32,000 nt of DNA from Candidatus Iainarchaeum sp. (GCA_016205145.1 JACQJH010000001.1:540001-572000); one strand, 5' to 3'; positions 1 through 8,935 are shown, numbered from the stretch's first letter. Translations and numbers: made by a program. The notes: generated by a model not told the origin, from the sequence alone.

Positions 1-243
1 TATCACGAGGTTGACAGTTTCTGCAGCCTCAAAAAGCAGTATGCGATTCTCAAGGCGATAATAAGGTACTTTGACCTTGCGCAGGCCGCGCTTGAATCCG
101 GCGCGCAGGTTTCGTCCATTGCGGGATTGGAAAGCAAGTCCAGGCTCGCAAAAGTCTGCCTTGTCGAGGAATCGAAGTTTGCAGCGGAACTCAAAAAAAT
201 CGAGTCCGAAATGGAATCCGAATTCAGGAACATTGCGGTTTAA
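1..243 (+). CDS. atpA: A-type (archaeal V-type) ATP synthase subunit A, C-terminal fragment; 5' end lies outside the window
   Basis: Frame-1 translation [43 protein letters not shown]... runs from base 1 to TAA at 241-243. The 'D.FCS..KQ' region is typical of A-subunit C-termini. atpB and atpD follow immediately. The minus-strand ORF 3..233 is its antisense shadow. Confidence 0.8.
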   Translation, partial: YHEVDSFCSLKKQYAILKAIIRYFDLAQAALESGAQVSSIAGLESKSRLAKVCLVEESKFAAELKKIESEMESEFRNIAV

Positions 244-257
244 GGGAGTTGACGAAA

Positions 258-1862
258 ATGAAGGAATACAGGACAATCACAAGGGTTGCAGGGCCGCTGG
301 TTTTTGTTGAAAAAACGCACAATGTCGCGTACGGCGAACTCGTCGAAATAGACCTTGGCGGCGAAAAGAAAAACGGCCAGGTCTTGGACACGTCAAAGGA
401 CATCGTTGTGGTGCAGGTCTTCGAGGGCACATCCGGCATTGAACGCAGTTCAATCGTGAAGTTCACCGGCAAGACAATCAAGCTGAACTGCTCGAAGGAA
501 CTGCTCGGCAGGGTCTTGTCCGGCCTCGGAAAGCCCTTGGACAACGGCCCGGAAATCATTCCGGATGAAAAGCGCGACGTGAACGGCGCCGCAATCAACC
601 CGTTTTCAAGGGCGCCTCCGCGCGATTTCGTGCAGACCGGCGTTTCAACAATCGACGGCATGAACACTCTTGTGAAAGGCCAGAAGCTTCCGATTTTTTC
701 CGCGGCAGGCCTGCCCCACAATGACATCGCATTGCAGATTGCAAGGCAGGCTAAAGTCGAGGGCAACTTTGCAGTTGTCTTTGCCGCAATGGGCATAACG
801 AATGAGGAAGCCCAGCAGTTCATCCGCGACTTCGAGCAGACCGGCGCATTGGAACGCACGGTGGTCTTCCTGAACCTGGCTGACGACCCGGCAATTGAAA
901 GGATCGTAACGCCAAGAATGGCGCTCACGGCCGCAGAGTATCTGGCTTACTCGCATGAAATGAACGTTCTCGTCATTCTCACGGACCTGACAAATTACTG
1001 CGAGGCATTGCGTGAAATCGGCGCTGCGCGCGAAGAGGTTCCCGGCAGAAGGGGCTATCCAGGTTACATGTACACGGACCTTGCGTCAATATATGAAAGG
1101 GCCGGCCTCATCAAGGGCAAGGCCGGAAGCGTAACGCAGATTCCAATTCTTACAATGCCAGGCGACGACATCACGCACCCTATTCCGGACCTGACAGGTT
1201 ACATCACTGAAGGCCAGATCGTGCTTGGCAGGGACCTTCACAGGAACGGCATATATCCGCCGATTGACGTCCTGCCATGCCTCAGCAGGCTGATGAACGC
1301 GGGCATCGGAAAGGGAAAGACTCGCGAGGACCACAAGGCCGTAAGCAATCAGATGTATGCCGGCTATGCGGAAGGCCGCTCATTGCGCGGCTTGGTTGCG
1401 ATTGTCGGCGAGGAAGCCTTGTCTGAAAGGGACCAGCGTTTCCTTGCATTCGCAAAGGCGTTCGAGGACAAGTTTGTCAGGCAGGGCAAATATGAAAACC
1501 GCTCAATAGTTGAAACCCTGAATCTCGGCTGGAAGCTGCTGACAATGCTGCCCAAATCCGAGCTGACGAGAATTGACGACGCGCTGATTGAAAAATATTC
1601 AAGGGAACTCGGCTTGAAGTTTTATGTTCCGAAGGGCAAGGAAGCGGAAGCGTCGTCCCAGGCCGGGCCGGAAAACGAAGCCGGAAAACCGGAAACAAAA
1701 GAGAATTCCGGAAAACATGAATCAACTGTCCGCGGCAAAGCGGAAGCAAAACAGCCTTCCGCGAATTCCGCAGCCAAAAAAAAGCCTTCGCCAGCCCAAG
1801 CGCCCAAAGCCGCGGCAAAAAAAGTTGCCGGCCATGCAAAAAAGAAAAATAAGCGAAAGTGA
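258..1862 (+). CDS. atpB: A-type ATP synthase subunit B with a ~80-aa Lys/Ala/Pro-rich C-terminal extension
   Basis: [19 protein letters not shown]... with core motifs ([59 protein letters not shown]) is unmistakably subunit B. GGGAG at 244-248 lies 9 nt before ATG 258. The track ORF uses an upstream TTG at 249. Confidence 0.95.
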   Translation: MKEYRTITRVAGPLVFVEKTHNVAYGELVEIDLGGEKKNGQVLDTSKDIVVVQVFEGTSGIERSSIVKFTGKTIKLNCSKELLGRVLSGLGKPLDNGPEIIPDEKRDVNGAAINPFSRAPPRDFVQTGVSTIDGMNTLVKGQKLPIFSAAGLPHNDIALQIARQAKVEGNFAVVFAAMGITNEEAQQFIRDFEQTGALERTVVFLNLADDPAIERIVTPRMALTAAEYLAYSHEMNVLVILTDLTNYCEALREIGAAREEVPGRRGYPGYMYTDLASIYERAGLIKGKAGSVTQIPILTMPGDDITHPIPDLTGYITEGQIVLGRDLHRNGIYPPIDVLPCLSRLMNAGIGKGKTREDHKAVSNQMYAGYAEGRSLRGLVAIVGEEALSERDQRFLAFAKAFEDKFVRQGKYENRSIVETLNLGWKLLTMLPKSELTRIDDALIEKYSRELGLKFYVPKGKEAEASSQAGPENEAGKPETKENSGKHESTVRGKAEAKQPSANSAAKKKPSPAQAPKAAAKKVAGHAKKKNKRK

Positions 1863-1867
1863 AACAA

Positions 1868-2491
1868 ATGTCCGACATCAAGCCGACACGCTCCGAGCTG
1901 ATCCAGCTCAAAAAAAAGGTGAAGCTTGCCCAGTCCGGGCACTCGCTTTTGAAAAAAAAGCGCGACGGCCTCATAAAGGAATTCTTCGGCGTGCTGAACG
2001 AGGCGAAAAAATCGAAATCCGCATTGCAGGAAAACTATTCCATTGCAATGCAGGCGATCGCCCTTGCAAGGGCGGTCGACGGCACGTCGACAGTCAAGTC
2101 CGCGTCCTTTGCCCTCAAACAGCCCGCGGAAATCGAGCTTGAAACGCGCAATGTCATGGGCATAATCGTGCCGAAAATCCGGTCAGAGCACCATGTGAAA
2201 GAATTCCACGAGCGCGGCTACGGCGTTCTGGGAACTTCGGGTTACATTGACGATGCCGCGGAATCGTACGAAAAGGTTTTGGGAAACATAATTACGGCGG
2301 CTGAAATCGAAACGACCCTGAAAAAGCTTTTGCGTGAAATCGACAAGACCAAGCGCAGGGTCAACGCACTGGAATTCAAGGTCATACCTGAAATGAAGGC
2401 TGACGCGAAATTCATTGCATTGCGCCTCGAAGAAATGGAGCGCGAGGACGTCTTCAGGCTCAAAAAAATCAAGAAAAAGGAAAAAAGCTAG
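1868..2491 (+). CDS. atpD: A-type ATP synthase subunit D
   Basis: MSDIKPTRSELIQLKKKVKLAQSGHSLLKKKRDGLIKEF... is the conserved subunit D N-terminus. An alternative GTG start at 1859 overlaps the atpB stop. An oligo-T run (2502-2508) follows the stop. Confidence 0.9.
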   Translation: MSDIKPTRSELIQLKKKVKLAQSGHSLLKKKRDGLIKEFFGVLNEAKKSKSALQENYSIAMQAIALARAVDGTSTVKSASFALKQPAEIELETRNVMGIIVPKIRSEHHVKEFHERGYGVLGTSGYIDDAAESYEKVLGNIITAAEIETTLKKLLREIDKTKRRVNALEFKVIPEMKADAKFIALRLEEMEREDVFRLKKIKKKEKS

Positions 2492-2492
2492 G

Positions 2493-2837
2493 TCAGGCGC
2501 CTTTTTTTGTCGTCCTAATTTTGGGCAGATGTTCCTGCTTGAATAGTTCATCCAATGCGTGCCCTTGCGGGTGCGGAGAAAAGCGCCCGGTTTCATGTTC
2601 CCGCCATCGTTCAGGCCTGATGTGCGCAACATGTGCCAAAAGCAAATCCGCTATTTCCCTGCCATGTTCCGTCAAATGTTCCAAGTTGACGGTGCGGCTG
2701 CTTGGAACAATCGTGCCGTTGGGCCGCCTTAGGCCGAGGCCGACAACAAGCCGGCGTGCTTCTCCCCCGCCGAGCTGTGCGCCATGCCTCACTAAAAGGT
2801 GGTATTCTCCGGTGTGTTTTATTGGCTTTCCGGGCAT
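2493..2837 (-). CDS. hypothetical His-rich protein (114 aa), family not recognised
   Basis: Open frame co-directional with the SDR and bcp genes, 67 nt downstream of the SDR gene, with ordinary codon appearance. The overlapping plus-strand ORF 2521..2946 is Cys/Ser-rich and looks like an antisense artefact. Confidence 0.45.
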   Translation of the reverse strand: MPGKPIKHTGEYHLLVRHGAQLGGGEARRLVVGLGLRRPNGTIVPSSRTVNLEHLTEHGREIADLLLAHVAHIRPERWREHETGRFSPHPQGHALDELFKQEHLPKIRTTKKGA

Positions 2838-2904
2838 CAGTAATTTCTATTGGCGTTTTACGTATTTAAAACTAATCATGCCGATTTCGGAATGCTTTGC
2901 GCTT

Positions 2905-3687
2905 TCAAAACAGTCCGCCTGCCTTTCCGCCGTCGGCCTGGATTGAAACTCCGGTCAAAAAGCATTTGTCCGAAGCCAAAAAGCTCACAAGCTCGGCAAG
3001 TTCCTGCGGCGACTGCAGCCTGCCCATCGGAATGCCTGCGGCGATTTCCTTTTCCACTTCTGCAATGCTCTGCCCATCCTTCCTTCTGCGTTCCATGAGC
3101 TGCACGTACCTGTCAGTCTTGAACGCGCCCGGCAGAACGCTGTTTATGAAAACGTTTTTGTGCGCGAACTCCCTTGACAGCGACTTTGAAAGGCTCACAA
3201 CGCCGGCGCGGTAAACGTTTGACAAAACAAGCAAGTCGTTCGGTTCCTTGACCGTGAGAGACGCCAGATTGATCACTCGGCCGAAACCCTGCTCTGCCAT
3301 CAATGGCACAATCCGCCTGTTCAGCCTCGCGACGGACAGCAAAAGCTGTTCGTGCGCATGCAAAAAATCCTCGTCCGACAACTCGAAAAAAGTTCCCGGC
3401 TTCGGCCCGCCCGTGTTGTTGACAAGAATGTCGACTCTGCCGAACCTTTTCACGGCGCGTTCAACAAGATTTTCAATTTCCTCCGCCCGGTTCAAATCGC
3501 ATTTTTGCGCGAAAACGTTTTCCGGACCGGATTTTTCGGCAAGCGCCTTTTCGGCCTTTTCCAAATTCTCCTCGTTGTGCGAGCAGATGCAAACCCTTGC
3601 ATTGTCCCTGAGCAGGGTTTCCGCGCACGCAAAGCCGAGGCCCTTGCTTGCGCCGCAAACCAGCGCAACCCGTTTCCCGTGGTCCAT
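2905..3687 (-). CDS. short-chain dehydrogenase/reductase (SDR) family oxidoreductase, FabG-like
   Basis: N-terminal Rossmann motif ALVCGASKGLG, NNTGG (the NNAG equivalent), a C-terminal ...GVSIQADGG tail, and a ~260-aa length. The canonical YxxxK is not visible (SNVYRAGV). Confidence 0.85.
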   Translation of the reverse strand: MDHGKRVALVCGASKGLGFACAETLLRDNARVCICSHNEENLEKAEKALAEKSGPENVFAQKCDLNRAEEIENLVERAVKRFGRVDILVNNTGGPKPGTFFELSDEDFLHAHEQLLLSVARLNRRIVPLMAEQGFGRVINLASLTVKEPNDLLVLSNVYRAGVVSLSKSLSREFAHKNVFINSVLPGAFKTDRYVQLMERRRKDGQSIAEVEKEIAAGIPMGRLQSPQELAELVSFLASDKCFLTGVSIQADGGKAGGLF

Positions 3688-3744
3688 GAACAGTTTATTT
3701 CCGGAAAAGGGTTTTATTGGTTTTCATTCAAGCTGCCCCCGCTC

Positions 3745-4215
3745 TCATTTCAATTCTTCCAGTTTTTTCAGCACTTCTTCAGCATGCCCTTCAACGCTTA
3801 CTTTCGGCCAGGCGTGCGCAACCTTTCCTTCCGGAGAAATCAGGAACGTGCTCCTTGTGACGCCGTCGAATTCCTTGCCATACATCATTTTTTTGCCCCA
3901 TGCGCCGTACTTTTTCAGGACTTCCTTGTTTTCGTCGCTCAAAAGCTTGATGCCGAGGGAATGCTTTTCGATGAAAGCGCAATGGCTTTTTCCGGAATCC
4001 GGGGAAACGCCGAGCACAACCGCGCCCAGGTTTTCAAATTCCCTGTTTTTTGCCGTGAAATCAATTGCCTCGACCGTGCAGCCGGAAGTGTCGTCCTTTG
4101 GGTAAAAATAAAGCACAACCCATTTGTCACTGAAATCTTTGAGGCATATTTTTTTGCCGTTCCCATCCGGCAGACAGAACGCGGGCGCCCAGGCCCCAAC
4201 AGACAAATCCATCAA
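3745..4215 (-). CDS. bcp: peroxiredoxin, Bcp (thiol peroxidase) type
   Basis: APAFCLPDGNGKKICLKDFSDKWVVLYFYPKDDTSGCTVEA contains the YFYPKD.T.GCT peroxidatic-Cys signature of Bcp/PrxQ. Confidence 0.9.
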   Translation of the reverse strand: MMDLSVGAWAPAFCLPDGNGKKICLKDFSDKWVVLYFYPKDDTSGCTVEAIDFTAKNREFENLGAVVLGVSPDSGKSHCAFIEKHSLGIKLLSDENKEVLKKYGAWGKKMMYGKEFDGVTRSTFLISPEGKVAHAWPKVSVEGHAEEVLKKLEELK

Positions 4216-4336
4216 ATCACCATGAAAAGAATGACTTGGGATTTTAAGAATGTTTTTCCAGATTGGCGTCCCGGCTTTTTTCAGATAAGCATGTTCGCAG
4301 CCAATTTTTTATGCTTTGCGCTGCACTTTTTGGTTA

Positions 4337-5113
4337 ATGGCGAATTTCAAGCGAATCGTTTCCCTGGCGCCAAGCAACACAGAAATAATCTTCGCGATTG
4401 GCGCGGAAAAAAACCTTGTCGGCGTGACAGCTTACTGCGATTTTCCGCCTGAAGCGAAAAGCCTTCACAAAACAGGCCTGTGGACAAGCAGCCAGAATCT
4501 TGACGCCATTGAACGCCTGAAGCCGGATCTCCTGCTGGCCTCGATGTTCGTGCCGCAAAACGTCAGGGAATGGTCTGAGGGGAATGGCATCCGGCTCGTC
4601 AAACTTTTCCCGCAGACAATTGGGCAGGTGAATGAAAGCATCCTTGAAATCGGCGGGCTCTGCGGCAAGGAAAAGAATGCCGTCAAAGCCGTGCACGGAA
4701 TGACGGAACGGCTTGAAGCCATAAAAGCCGAATCCGAAAAGCTTTCGCATAAGCCGAAGATTTATTCGGAGGAATTCAACGATCCGCCGACCGTTGCGCA
4801 GAACTGGGTGCCTGAACTGATTGAAATCGCCGGTGGCGTTCCGATGGGAAAAAGCGGCGAGCTAAGCAGGGAAGTTTCAGCAAAAGCTGTTGGTGCGTTC
4901 AATCCTGATGCAATAGTCCTGCACTGGTGCGGTTTCGGCAACAGGCAGGAGCCGGCCTCGCTGGAAAGCCGGCTCGGCTGGAAAAACATTCCCGCGGTGC
5001 GGGCCGGCAGGATTTTTGCCCTGCACGATTCGCTTCTCAACAGGCCATCGCCAAGGATGGTTGAAGGCTGTGAACTGCTTCAAAAGATTTTCGGATTGCT
5101 GGTTGAAGCCTAG
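4337..5113 (+). CDS. BtuF/TroA-like (class III) periplasmic-binding-protein fold, cobalamin or Fe-siderophore binding family
   Basis: FKRIVSLAPSNTEIIFAIGAEKNLVGVTAYCDFPPEA is a typical BtuF-like N-lobe. Length is ~258 aa from ATG 4337 (track ORF starts at 4316). No obvious signal peptide. Confidence 0.8.
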   Translation: MANFKRIVSLAPSNTEIIFAIGAEKNLVGVTAYCDFPPEAKSLHKTGLWTSSQNLDAIERLKPDLLLASMFVPQNVREWSEGNGIRLVKLFPQTIGQVNESILEIGGLCGKEKNAVKAVHGMTERLEAIKAESEKLSHKPKIYSEEFNDPPTVAQNWVPELIEIAGGVPMGKSGELSREVSAKAVGAFNPDAIVLHWCGFGNRQEPASLESRLGWKNIPAVRAGRIFALHDSLLNRPSPRMVEGCELLQKIFGLLVEA

Positions 5114-5301
5114 CCCCACCAGAAGCTCTTGTCCTTCCGCCTTTCCTCAAGCGCCTTTTTCTTGTCGAAATCCGACATTTTTTCCGTTCCGGTCTTTCCG
5201 AGCCTTTTTGCCTGCTCGTCAATTTCAAGCGTGTGCTTGCAGTCGTCGCAAAGCTTCCTTCCGCCAAGTATGAGGCTTCCGCAGTTCTCGCATTTGGGCA
5301 T
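5110..5301 (-). CDS. small zinc-ribbon protein with a basic C-terminal tail
   Basis: MPKCENCGSLILGGRKLCDDCK carries CxxC-x11-CxxC. It is 63 aa and converges on the binding-protein gene with a 4-nt overlap. Confidence 0.55.
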   Translation of the reverse strand: MPKCENCGSLILGGRKLCDDCKHTLEIDEQAKRLGKTGTEKMSDFDKKKALEERRKDKSFWWG

Positions 5302-5567
5302 TATTCAACCACCGCAAGACTTTTGGCTGAACTGGCATTTAATTTTTTGCCCGGAAAGCCGGCCGGGAGGGGAAAAGCAAAAACCGGCGTTACCTTTAAA
5401 TACTACCTTGCACTATTAGGATACCGAACTAAAAAGTTCATAAAACAAACTTTGGATATGAATTTGGTTTGGGTTGTGAATTGCTTAGTTTTATATTTGT
5501 CCTTAATTTATTTATATTGCCTTCGAAAACCGAATAAAAATGGGGGACAAGAACGGGGTGATTTGGA

Positions 5568-5966
5568 ATGAGTTTGGTTACTTTGACTTTTGGTGAAAAT
5601 AATTCCGCGGGAAGCGGGCACGTCGAGATTGTGACTGCCAATGACAGGTTTCTCTCCGAGGCCAAGCAGACCGGCGTGATGAAAGTGTCCAAGATTGACA
5701 AGTTTGTCGGCACCGACGAGCTGTGCGTTCTGGGCGAGCTTGTTTCCGGCATGATCTGCGAGCACATGCTTGCGAACGGCATGGAAGTTCCGGCCGAAAT
5801 AATGGAGGTTTCCTCCAAATACGGAAAGGCAGTGGCAAGGCCGGGCACAAAGCTCCTGGTCATGGTCAAGGGCCTTTCAAGGGAAAATGTGCGGGTCGAC
5901 TCCCAGATAGAATTCGTGAAAAAGCCCGAGGCCGCAAAGCCCAAGGGCAGGCTCATAATCTGCTGA
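5568..5966 (+). CDS. hypothetical protein with an EF-Tu-domain-2-like beta-barrel pattern
   Basis: GGTGAT Shine-Dalgarno at 5555-5560 lies 7 nt before the ATG. The pattern VLGELVSGMI...GMEVPAEIMEV...KAVARPGTKLLVMVKGLSRENVRVDSQI resembles translation-factor beta-barrel domains. This is pattern inference only. Confidence 0.5.
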   Translation: MSLVTLTFGENNSAGSGHVEIVTANDRFLSEAKQTGVMKVSKIDKFVGTDELCVLGELVSGMICEHMLANGMEVPAEIMEVSSKYGKAVARPGTKLLVMVKGLSRENVRVDSQIEFVKKPEAAKPKGRLIIC

Positions 5967-6058
5967 ACCTGATTTTTGTTCCATTTTTTGGGCGCACCCC
6001 GCCCATTTTTTTCTTTCTTTTGTAAACCCTTAAATGCCTTTTGCGCTTACTGTTTTGC

Positions 6059-7246
6059 ATGGCTTTTGAAACCCTGCGGTTTGCCCTGACGAACCTGAAA
6101 AGCCAGCCCCTGCGCAGCAATCTCACTGTTTTGAGCGTCATTATCGGCATCGCGTCCATCGTTGCGCTGGTTTCCCTCGGCCAGGGGGTCACGAACTCTT
6201 TTCTGGGCTATTTCCAGTCGCTTGGCGCAACCACAATTCTTGTCGAACCCGGCAGCAGTTTCGCGGAAGCAGCTTTCAGCCGCGTTCCCGAATCTGATTT
6301 GAGGCTCATTGAAGGCGTCACGGGTGTCGAGGCGGCAATGGGCTTTTATGAAACGTCCGCAACCGCCAAGTACGGGAGCCAGACCGCAAGCCTGTTTGTC
6401 ATTGGCATTGACCCGGACAAGATAGTCTACCTGGAGGAAACCGGCTACATGCAATTGCTTCGCGGCAGGTTTCTCAGCGGGGGCGACAAGTACGGCATTT
6501 TGGTGCATGAGGAATTCCTTGAAAACGCGTTTGACGGAAAGGTCGGCCTCAGGCAAAGCATTGAAATAAAGGGAAAGAAGTTCCAGCTTGTCGGAATACT
6601 CAAAAAATCCGACGTCGCGTTTTCCAGCCTGTCAAACACGAACATTGTCTGGGCAAGCAAGGACACCGTGAAGGAGCTTTTCAGCGAGCCGGATCCGACC
6701 GAACTGGCGGTCAAGGTTGTCGACAAGAACAAAATCAATGAAATCGCCGGCCGGATCGAGGCAAAGCTTGAGCGCAAGCACGGCGAAAAAAAATTCCAGG
6801 TCCTCACTCCGGACAACATTCTTGAGCAGACAAACGCCATTCTCGGCGTATTGCAGGTGGTCGTGCTCGCCATTGCGGCAATTTCGCTTGTTGTCGGGGG
6901 CATAGGCATAATGAACACAATGGCGATGGCGGTCATTGACCGGACATCCGAAATCGGCCTGATGAAGGCTGTCGGCGCGACAAACACGAAAATCCTCTCG
7001 GTTTTCCTGGCTGAAGCCGGAATGATCGGCCTTTTCGGCGGCCTTCTGGGCACGGTTTCCGGTTACCTTATTGCTTTCGGCATCAGCGCTGTAGTGTCCG
7101 GCCAGTTTGCCATTCCCATCACAGTTGACCTGGCTTTTGTAGCGCAGGTCCTCGGCTTTTCCCTGCTGGTTGGAATGATTTCGGGCTTTTTGCCCGCGCA
7201 GAGGGCCGCAAAAATGGATCCCACGGAAGCGCTGAGATATGAATGA
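6059..7246 (+). CDS. ABC transporter permease, MacB/FtsX family (N-terminal TM, large extracytoplasmic domain, C-terminal FtsX 3-TM bundle)
   Basis: FALTNLKSQPLRSNLTVLSVIIGIASIVALVSLGQG at the N-terminus and ...GIGIMNTMAMAVIDRTSEIGLMKAVGAT...LPAQRAAKMDPTEALRYE at the C-terminus are family signatures. A TATA-like CTTAAATG lies ~30 nt upstream. Confidence 0.85.
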   Translation: MAFETLRFALTNLKSQPLRSNLTVLSVIIGIASIVALVSLGQGVTNSFLGYFQSLGATTILVEPGSSFAEAAFSRVPESDLRLIEGVTGVEAAMGFYETSATAKYGSQTASLFVIGIDPDKIVYLEETGYMQLLRGRFLSGGDKYGILVHEEFLENAFDGKVGLRQSIEIKGKKFQLVGILKKSDVAFSSLSNTNIVWASKDTVKELFSEPDPTELAVKVVDKNKINEIAGRIEAKLERKHGEKKFQVLTPDNILEQTNAILGVLQVVVLAIAAISLVVGGIGIMNTMAMAVIDRTSEIGLMKAVGATNTKILSVFLAEAGMIGLFGGLLGTVSGYLIAFGISAVVSGQFAIPITVDLAFVAQVLGFSLLVGMISGFLPAQRAAKMDPTEALRYE

Positions 7247-7277
7247 AATTGCCATATATTTGTAGCTGGTGTGAGCG

Positions 7278-8471
7278 ATGTTTGACAGGGAACTTTTGCA
7301 GAAGGCTTTGCAGGACATAAACAGCCAGGGCATCCGCGGCAAGCTCACGGTGCTGGGCCTTGTCATAGGCATAGCGTCGATTTTCATGCTCATTTCGCTT
7401 GGCCAGAGCCTTGAAAGCTCGGTCCAGCAGCAGTTTGAAACCCTTGGCACGCAAACCCTGATAGTTTTGCCCGGAAAAGGCTTTATCGACACTGCTTTTG
7501 TGAAACTCGGCAGGAACGATGCAAAGCACATCGAAGGCCTTGTCGGAGTCGAGTTTGCCGCAGAAATCTACTTCAAAACCCTGCAGGTCAGGCACGGCAC
7601 GGAAAAGAAAACAGCGCTTGTCGTCGGCGTCGAAGCCGACAAAATGGATAATTTCGGGGCGCTCAACATCCTCAATGTCGACAATGGCAGGGTTTTCGGG
7701 GCAAAGGAAAAGTTTGCCGCGATCGCGGGAAAGTCTTTTGCCGAAAACGCGTTCAAGGAAGCCATTGTGCCCAAGAAAAAGATCGAAATCGAGGACAAGA
7801 AATTCGAGATAACCGGCATAAACGCAAAACCCAACAACACGTTCGCAGGCTTTTTTGACAATGCCGTGCTCATAAACAAGGATACGCTCAACGAGATAAC
7901 GCCGGAACCAATCTATCCGCTCAGGATTTTCGCGAAAGTGGCTGACGGCGTGGATGCCGAAGAAGTGAAGGCGCGCATCGGGCGCAGGCTCGAAAAAGAT
8001 CACGGGGAAGAGGATTTCCGCGTCCTCGATGCAAAACAATTGGCTGAAACCGCGACAAGCGTTCTGGCAGTGGCCCAAATCTTTTTGGTCGGAATAGCCT
8101 TCATCTCGCTTTTGGTTGGCGCAATCGGCATAATGAACACGATGCTCATGGCGGTAACTGAGCGGACAAAGGAGATTGGCATAATGAAGGCGGTCGGTGC
8201 AACCGACAGGCAGGTTTTGGCAATGTTTTTGACTGAATCCGCGCTGATCGGCCTGCTTGGAGGCATAATCGGCGTCATTCTGGGCTCGCTGCTTTTCTTC
8301 GGCCTGGCGTTTGCCGCAAGCTATGCCGGTTTCAGCCTACCCGCTGACCTGAACTTCGGCCTCGCGATCGGCGCAATGCTGTTCTCTGCAATAATCGGCA
8401 TGCTGTCCGGCACAATCCCTTCACTGCAGGCCGCAAAGCTGGACCCGGTTGAGGCAATCAGGAGAAAATAA
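7278..8471 (+). CDS. ABC transporter permease, MacB/FtsX family (paralog of 6059..7246)
   Basis: Same architecture and motifs: GKLTVLGLVIGIASIFMLISLGQS...GIGIMNTMLMAVTERTKEIGIMKAVGAT...LQAAKLDPVEAIRRK. Confidence 0.85.
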   Translation: MFDRELLQKALQDINSQGIRGKLTVLGLVIGIASIFMLISLGQSLESSVQQQFETLGTQTLIVLPGKGFIDTAFVKLGRNDAKHIEGLVGVEFAAEIYFKTLQVRHGTEKKTALVVGVEADKMDNFGALNILNVDNGRVFGAKEKFAAIAGKSFAENAFKEAIVPKKKIEIEDKKFEITGINAKPNNTFAGFFDNAVLINKDTLNEITPEPIYPLRIFAKVADGVDAEEVKARIGRRLEKDHGEEDFRVLDAKQLAETATSVLAVAQIFLVGIAFISLLVGAIGIMNTMLMAVTERTKEIGIMKAVGATDRQVLAMFLTESALIGLLGGIIGVILGSLLFFGLAFAASYAGFSLPADLNFGLAIGAMLFSAIIGMLSGTIPSLQAAKLDPVEAIRRK

Positions 8472-8580
8472 CCGGTTTCCGCAATCAACGAAATCTGGCG
8501 CAGATTAAAAAGGCTTTTTTTGGCTTCTTTGTCCATGCTTGCCTGCGGTTTTTTTAACAAAACCCTTTTAAGCAACGCTT

Positions 8581-8612
8581 AACATTAAATGTATAATGTT
8601 TTATTGTGGTTT
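8581..8612 (+). promoter_or_regulatory. inverted repeat AACATTA-N6-TAATGTT, then the 14-mer TTTTATTGTGGTTT, directly upstream of the TumE-like/wHTH module
   Basis: The arms at 8581-8587 and 8594-8600 are exact reverse complements. The 14-mer at 8599-8612 recurs exactly at 22154-22167, upstream of a paralogous module. Confidence 0.3.
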
Positions 8613-8614
8613 GA

Positions 8615-8935
8615 TTGGCGAGGCAGAAAAAGTATTCAATTCCCTTGGCGGAAGCGGATGTGCTGGACGTCTCATTGGAGATTCTTGGAGGCGAAGTTGA
8701 GGGGTTTGCCTTGAATTACCGGACAAAAATCGGGGAAAACTTTTTTGCCGTGTACCGTGTTGATACGGCGCATGGGTATTTGCACGAACAGCGTTTCTGG
8801 CTGTCACCAAGACCGATTCCGCTTCCGGAAACCGGTGGAACTTTGAAAGCGGCGTTTGAATTTTATTTGGATAAAATAAGGGGAAACTTTGAAAAATACA
8901 AAAAACATTATCTTGCCAGCACGGAATCGGGGTGA
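8615..8935 (+). CDS. small TumE/DUF6516-like protein (putative toxin partner of the downstream wHTH protein); copy 1 of 3
   Basis: EVEGFALNYRTKIGENFFAVYRVDTAHGYLHEQRF aligns by eye with VELVGFALVYVAELGGKFIEVAKFDAGPHEPVNAHYY (21790..22125) and ELVRFCAIQLLEMRGKTHEVIKFDAAHGKCHVHRY (22589..22921). The start is TTG; an alternative GTG lies at 8660. The family name comes from memory of 'RYDN...H.H' TumE-like proteins and is unverified. Confidence 0.6.
   Translation: MARQKKYSIPLAEADVLDVSLEILGGEVEGFALNYRTKIGENFFAVYRVDTAHGYLHEQRFWLSPRPIPLPETGGTLKAAFEFYLDKIRGNFEKYKKHYLASTESG

Noticed and set aside
224-928. Long minus-strand ORFs (224..928 and 645..956) overlapping atpB
   Set aside because: They lie antisense to an unmistakable AtpB coding sequence. 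Their composition is Ser/Cys/Arg-rich and low-complexity, typical of shadow ORFs.
2521-2946. Cys-rich plus-strand ORF (CSCLNSSSNACPCGCGEK...) that could look like a metal-binding protein
   Set aside because: It overlaps both the 2493..2837 minus-strand ORF and the SDR gene's 3' end. It spans their intergenic gap, has no CxxC periodicity and has a Ser/Cys/Arg-rich antisense-type composition.
3248-4452. Plus-strand ORFs 3248..4105 (285 aa) and 3352..4452 (366 aa)
   Set aside because: They run antisense across the well-supported SDR and Bcp genes. The translations are Ser/Phe/Arg-rich with no recognisable motifs.
6445-8078. Minus-strand ORFs 6445..7053, 6632..7531 and 7119..8078, of up to 319 aa
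   Set aside because: They are antisense shadows of the two MacB/FtsX permease genes, whose family motifs are clear on the plus strand.
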